Positions 60,139 to 64,000 of a stretch of 64,000 bases of DNA are shown here, one piece after another. Source of the stretch: Eutreptiella sp. 'Long Island Sound 2002' (taxonomy: Eukaryota; Protista; Euglenida). The DNA lies in assembly GCA_964036045.1 (NCBI GenBank), contig OZ038379.1, positions 7,688,001 to 7,752,000 of the forward strand. Reading direction: 5' to 3'. The position numbers and the translations under genes were made by a program. The first letter of the stretch is position 1. Each line of letters begins with the position of its first letter. A model generated the notes under the pieces. The model had not been told where the DNA came from, searched no databases, and saw only the letters and a program-made list of their open reading frames with translations.

Positions 60139-61188
60139 CTGCAATTCCGCATGAACGAAAGTTCCGTGCAAAAGGCAGGGTGCAACCCGCCCCCAAAAAA
60201 CAATAATTGGGGGCCGATTTCCCCGATTTGCCCCGATTTTGTGCCCCGATTTTTTTTGATTCTTGGCCCTGTTAATAATTGATAGTACTTAGAGTCCATG
60301 CCCCCCCCCTCCACCCTGTGTCCAACGAATGCCGTGTCCAATGAACGGTTCCGTTCGGACTGTGTTTTTTTTGGGACATAATTAATTACGTACTGAATTC
60401 TGTACCGGGCTTCGGAATCGAGGTTTCAAGCTAAAGGATTGGGGAAAAGAGGGATTGTAGTGAGTGATTGTGGGTGAATTTGTAAAGCAGAATATGAGGG
60501 AATGGTATCCCTCAACTACAGGACCTCTATTGCCCACCATGACTGATTCTCTCCTTGCACCTGGCCGGGAGGTGCTACACAAGCGGTACAACACTGGTGA
60601 GCTTGTAGAAGCCATAATTCTTGGGCCTTCCATGGACGGAGATGACTTTGTAATAGAGTGCACACAATTCAGCATTTGTTGGCAGTTGAGAATGGTGTTG
60701 TGCTACTTGGGCTTGAACGGAAGATGCAAGATCTATCACTGCCTACAAGGAGGAGCGCTTGCAACCATAAACATGACAGGCCATGGAGGTAAAAGCAGCC
60801 TCTCCACACAAGCCCCCCCCCCCCCCCGTGTCCAACGAACAATTTTGTCCCAAAAAAAATACGGTCTGAACGGGAGTGATCATTGGACACGCCGTTCGGT
60901 TTGCGCGGCAATAGTGCGAAACGGCGGTAATACATCCCTAGGCACAAGACAACCAACCCATTCAAAGCACAAAGTGACATAGAACACACGTCCATCAGCA
61001 GTGTGACGTTGCTCCCAATTAGGTGCAAGCGAAGGACATGAAGGGGGAGAGGTGGTGCGGCCACGAGAAGGGAGCTGTGGTATCTCCTCCAATGATGTTG
61101 ATGACATCGGGGATGGGGAGCGCAAATGGAATTGCACGGCACTGAGAGGGGCTCATGCTTTCTCATAGTCACGCCCATTGCTTGTGTA

Positions 61189-61983
61189 CCCCCCCCCCCC
61201 CCTTGTAATAGCTACGCCCTTGTAATAGCTACAGTAGGCGTAGGGACCGTATTAATTTGGTACCTAATTTTAATTCGGTACAAATGTAGTGCAGCCGCAT
61301 AACACATGGGTTTAGTGACAAATTTGCCAGCTACATAGGGTCATGGACACATTTGTTGTGAGTGTTTGCCCACTTGAACCCACATAGCTCTGATTTGGGG
61401 GATATTTGTGTACCATATCCCCCTTTCTTGCACCAGCTCACCATGCAATCTTCTCTTTTTCAACCTGGGCGTCCATTGATTTTCACACGTTCCACCGGTG
61501 AGCGTGTGCATGCCACAATGAAGGGGCCATCGGAGAAGGGGACCTCATTGTATTTTACAAGAGACCACATGCAAGGCAATTTCATTCCCAAGAATTTGAA
61601 GTTGCCCGAGCCCAAACCGGCCCCTAAACCTCGGGCAAAGGCATCTTCAAAGGCATCTTCAAGTGGTGAGCATGTGCAGTTGTTCCGCATGGTGTATGAT
61701 CGCAAGAAGGGTTTCCAATCCGAACATTTGTAGGCTTCTCATGCTTCATAGCTTGTGAGAACATGGGTGTGAACCTGCATTTTCATGTCTCAAACACTTT
61801 CTTGTGTTTCAATGCCTTAGGGAACGTGGGCGGAGGTTAAGGTGCACTCATACCATGCATTCTCTGACGTGTATGTCGGTAGTTGTATGTGTCGTGCGCA
61901 AGCTACGCCCTTGTCTAAGCTACAGTAGGCGTAAGGACCGTATTAATTCCGTACTTTGGCATAGCTATTACAAAGGGGGGGGG
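61189..61983. mobile_element. ~795-bp MITE-like element, copy 2, inserted in the LINE endonuclease GDxN motif
   Basis: C-run+TTGTAATAGCTA on the left, TAGCTATTACAAA+G-run on the right. The ~45-bp direct repeat CTACGCCCTTGT..AGCTACAGTAGGCGTA(G/A)GGACCGTATTAATT occurs near both ends. Homologous to 24013-24782. Confidence 0.88.
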
Positions 61984-63282
61984 ATTACAACGATGACATT
62001 TGGTCATCAAACCCGACACGCCCGTGGCAGGATGACCTGGCCAACGGAGTGTTCCTCGACCCATTACACGCGAGTAGCCAGCCTCCCGAACCCCGATAGT
62101 ACTACACCCGCATACCTAGGCATGGACGACCACGTCGCCTGGACGCCATATTGATTAGGCAACAAATACCCAACATACCCTGGACATACTATGACACCAT
62201 ACAAATGCCCATATCGGACCACGCTCTGGTCCTTCTTGGAATCCGCTGGAGGATAGGGGCCCCCGACCCACCCCGCACGAAACCGCAGCCCACGGTCACG
62301 AAGTGGTATACCACACACTTCCAACGGTTTACCAACTCCATATCCACACTACCCGTGAAGAACACCGACGCACCCCTACACACAGCACGGCGCATCCTAT
62401 CGGCGATAGCACACGCGGCGCGACCACGACAACCAGCACGCACCAAGACATCGGCCACCACAACTTGGTCGGAAACCACGGACCCCAAGGCACGGTTACG
62501 CGAATACGGGGAGACACAAGAGCAACACATACGGAGACAAATCGGCAAACAGCGCCGGGCAGCTGTGCACAAATCAGGCTACTTCTATAGAATGGTTAAA
62601 AGATGGCGCACCGGACTCATAGCCCAAGACACGCCACAACCTCCGATAGGAGGGACACAATACGTCCTCAACTACTTTGCGGGCGACCCAACATACGATG
62701 AGGACGCGTGCCAACGACTAATACGGAAACATGTACAGCACCACACATGGAACACCACAACCTCAACATACGAGGAGTACCTGCGGTGCCTCGGGCACCA
62801 AAGAATAAATCAGCCGGACCTGATGGTGTTCCTCCGCACCTGCTCCGGCACCTACCTAACCACATACAACAACAACTTTACCAGGCAATCATAGCTGTCT
62901 GGAACGGACAAAACATCCCAGTACCTTGGCTGCAGTCCAGGGTAGTGCTCATATATAAAAAGAAAGATCCCCAGGACCCAAGAAACTACAGGCCGATCTA
63001 CGTATCCACGGCCATATATAGCATACTCACACGCCTCCTCTTGACGCGTATATCAAGGGCCATGACCCCGGGACTACTAGACATACAACACGGCGCCACA
63101 CAGGGCCGAAACACCACGACCCTAGCCACGAAACTACTAAACGACTTACACACACAAGACGGGTACGTGGCCCTACTCGATGTGGCCAAAGCATTCCCAT
63201 CAGTCCCTCGACCCATGCTGACTGGGATCGTCAAGGAGGCAGGGGCACCAGAAAACATCATCCGGATGCTGGGGGAAATATA

Positions 63283-63613
63283 CCAACACACAACATACAC
63301 CAACACATGCTTAGCACCATAGACTTGGGAGCGGGTGGTTCATAAAAAGCCCGCTTTCTTTGGGCGCCGCTAATGGGCAGGGTCCACTGACCCAGCGCAA
63401 TTGATCGCAGGTTTGCAGTGCCTACTGTGCAGCGCCAATGCCACAGACAACTTGTACTTAGCAATGCAAGATGTACATAGATAGTGGAGCACCCCAACCA
63501 AGAAGGGGACACGCTGGTTTCCTTACAATTGTGAACAACTGGACTAATGGCTGGAAGTGTCTATGGCGGGGACATTCAGTCTATCAGTACCGACCATTGA
63601 TCCCCAACACACA
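63283..63613. mobile_element. 311-bp insertion with 10-bp TSD (CCAACACACA) interrupting the LINE RT
   Basis: TSD at 63283-63292 and 63604-63613. Removing the insert plus one TSD copy restores GEIYQHT|LAVLTLHGRDLPIRPTRGMKEGCPLSP. Its right ~48 nt recur at 56986-57034 and partly at 14348-14377. Confidence 0.88.
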
Positions 63614-64000
63614 CTGGCCGTACTGACCCTCCACGGAAGGGACCTCCCCATACGTCCCACCAGGGGTATGAAGGAGGGGTGCCCCCTCTCCCCGACACTA
63701 TTTCTCTTATACTATGACATACTCCTACGCGAAACCAAAGAGCGGTGCCCGGGAGCCCAACTATACGTGTTCGTTGACGACATTGCTGTGCGTGCACCCA
63801 CGGAGGAAGCACTACTACACACCTTAGATACACTCCACGACGTGGCCTACACAATGGGGCTACGCTTGAGTAAGGACAAAACCGAAGTGTACCACTGGGC
63901 TAAGGACTACAACCTAACACCCATCACTTGGCAACACCAGCTCATCCCCGTGCGGCCACCCATAATGACGTACCTGGGGCACGTGCTCGCCCACCCCACA

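Larger units (their letters stand above)
61140..64000 (+). mobile_element. Degenerate non-LTR retrotransposon (APE endonuclease + RT), 5'-truncated, interrupted by two insertions, runs off the window
   Basis: APE motifs: IVTPIACV|GDYNDD (split by the MITE), RLDAILI and SDHAL. One stop at ~62097 and a frameshift at ~62795. RT motifs: SAGPDG, YKKKDP..NYRPI, QHG, LLDVAKAFPSV, GMKEGCPLSPTLF, FVDDIAV, LRLSKDKT and YLG. Confidence 0.92.

Noticed and set aside
63283-63613. RT insertion as a euglenid non-conventional intron
   Set aside because: It lacks the terminal CAG/CTG pairing pattern, and the host LINE has an independent stop and frameshift. A TSD-flanked insertion explains it better.

Overview
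This is eukaryotic genomic DNA from a repeat-rich, intron-containing protist. It looks euglenozoan/euglenid-like, but that is inference only: all recognisable genes lie on the + strand, four start codons sit 0-8 nt after a pyrimidine-rich AG acceptor as expected for spliced-leader trans-splicing, and TTAGGG-type repeats occur. Supported genes, in order: (1) the 3' exons of a mitochondrial carrier; (2) a two-exon gene fusing an N-terminal membrane anchor and a Cys-rich DUF5522/C1orf53-like module to a PduO/MMAB-type ATP:cob(I)alamin adenosyltransferase; (3) an orphan nucleoside-hydrolase-like exon; (4) an intronless aspartate aminotransferase; (5) a three-exon Rh-type ammonium transporter whose last exon adds an EF-hand pair in frame; (6) an intronless type-I membrane protein with signal peptide, 7 WD40 repeats, a Gly/Pro linker, 2 TSP1 repeats, a TM helix and a short tail. 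The rest is mostly decayed non-LTR retrotransposons, poly-C/poly-G-capped MITE-like elements, tRNA-derived heads, satellites and microsatellites. The most complete retrotransposon is an APE-RT LINE at the right end, interrupted by two nested insertions. The three domain architectures (DUF5522-adenosyltransferase, Rh-EF-hand, secreted WD40-TSP1) are the best candidates for undescribed biology. All gene models were assembled by eye from GT-AG sites and frame continuity. No database searches were run.
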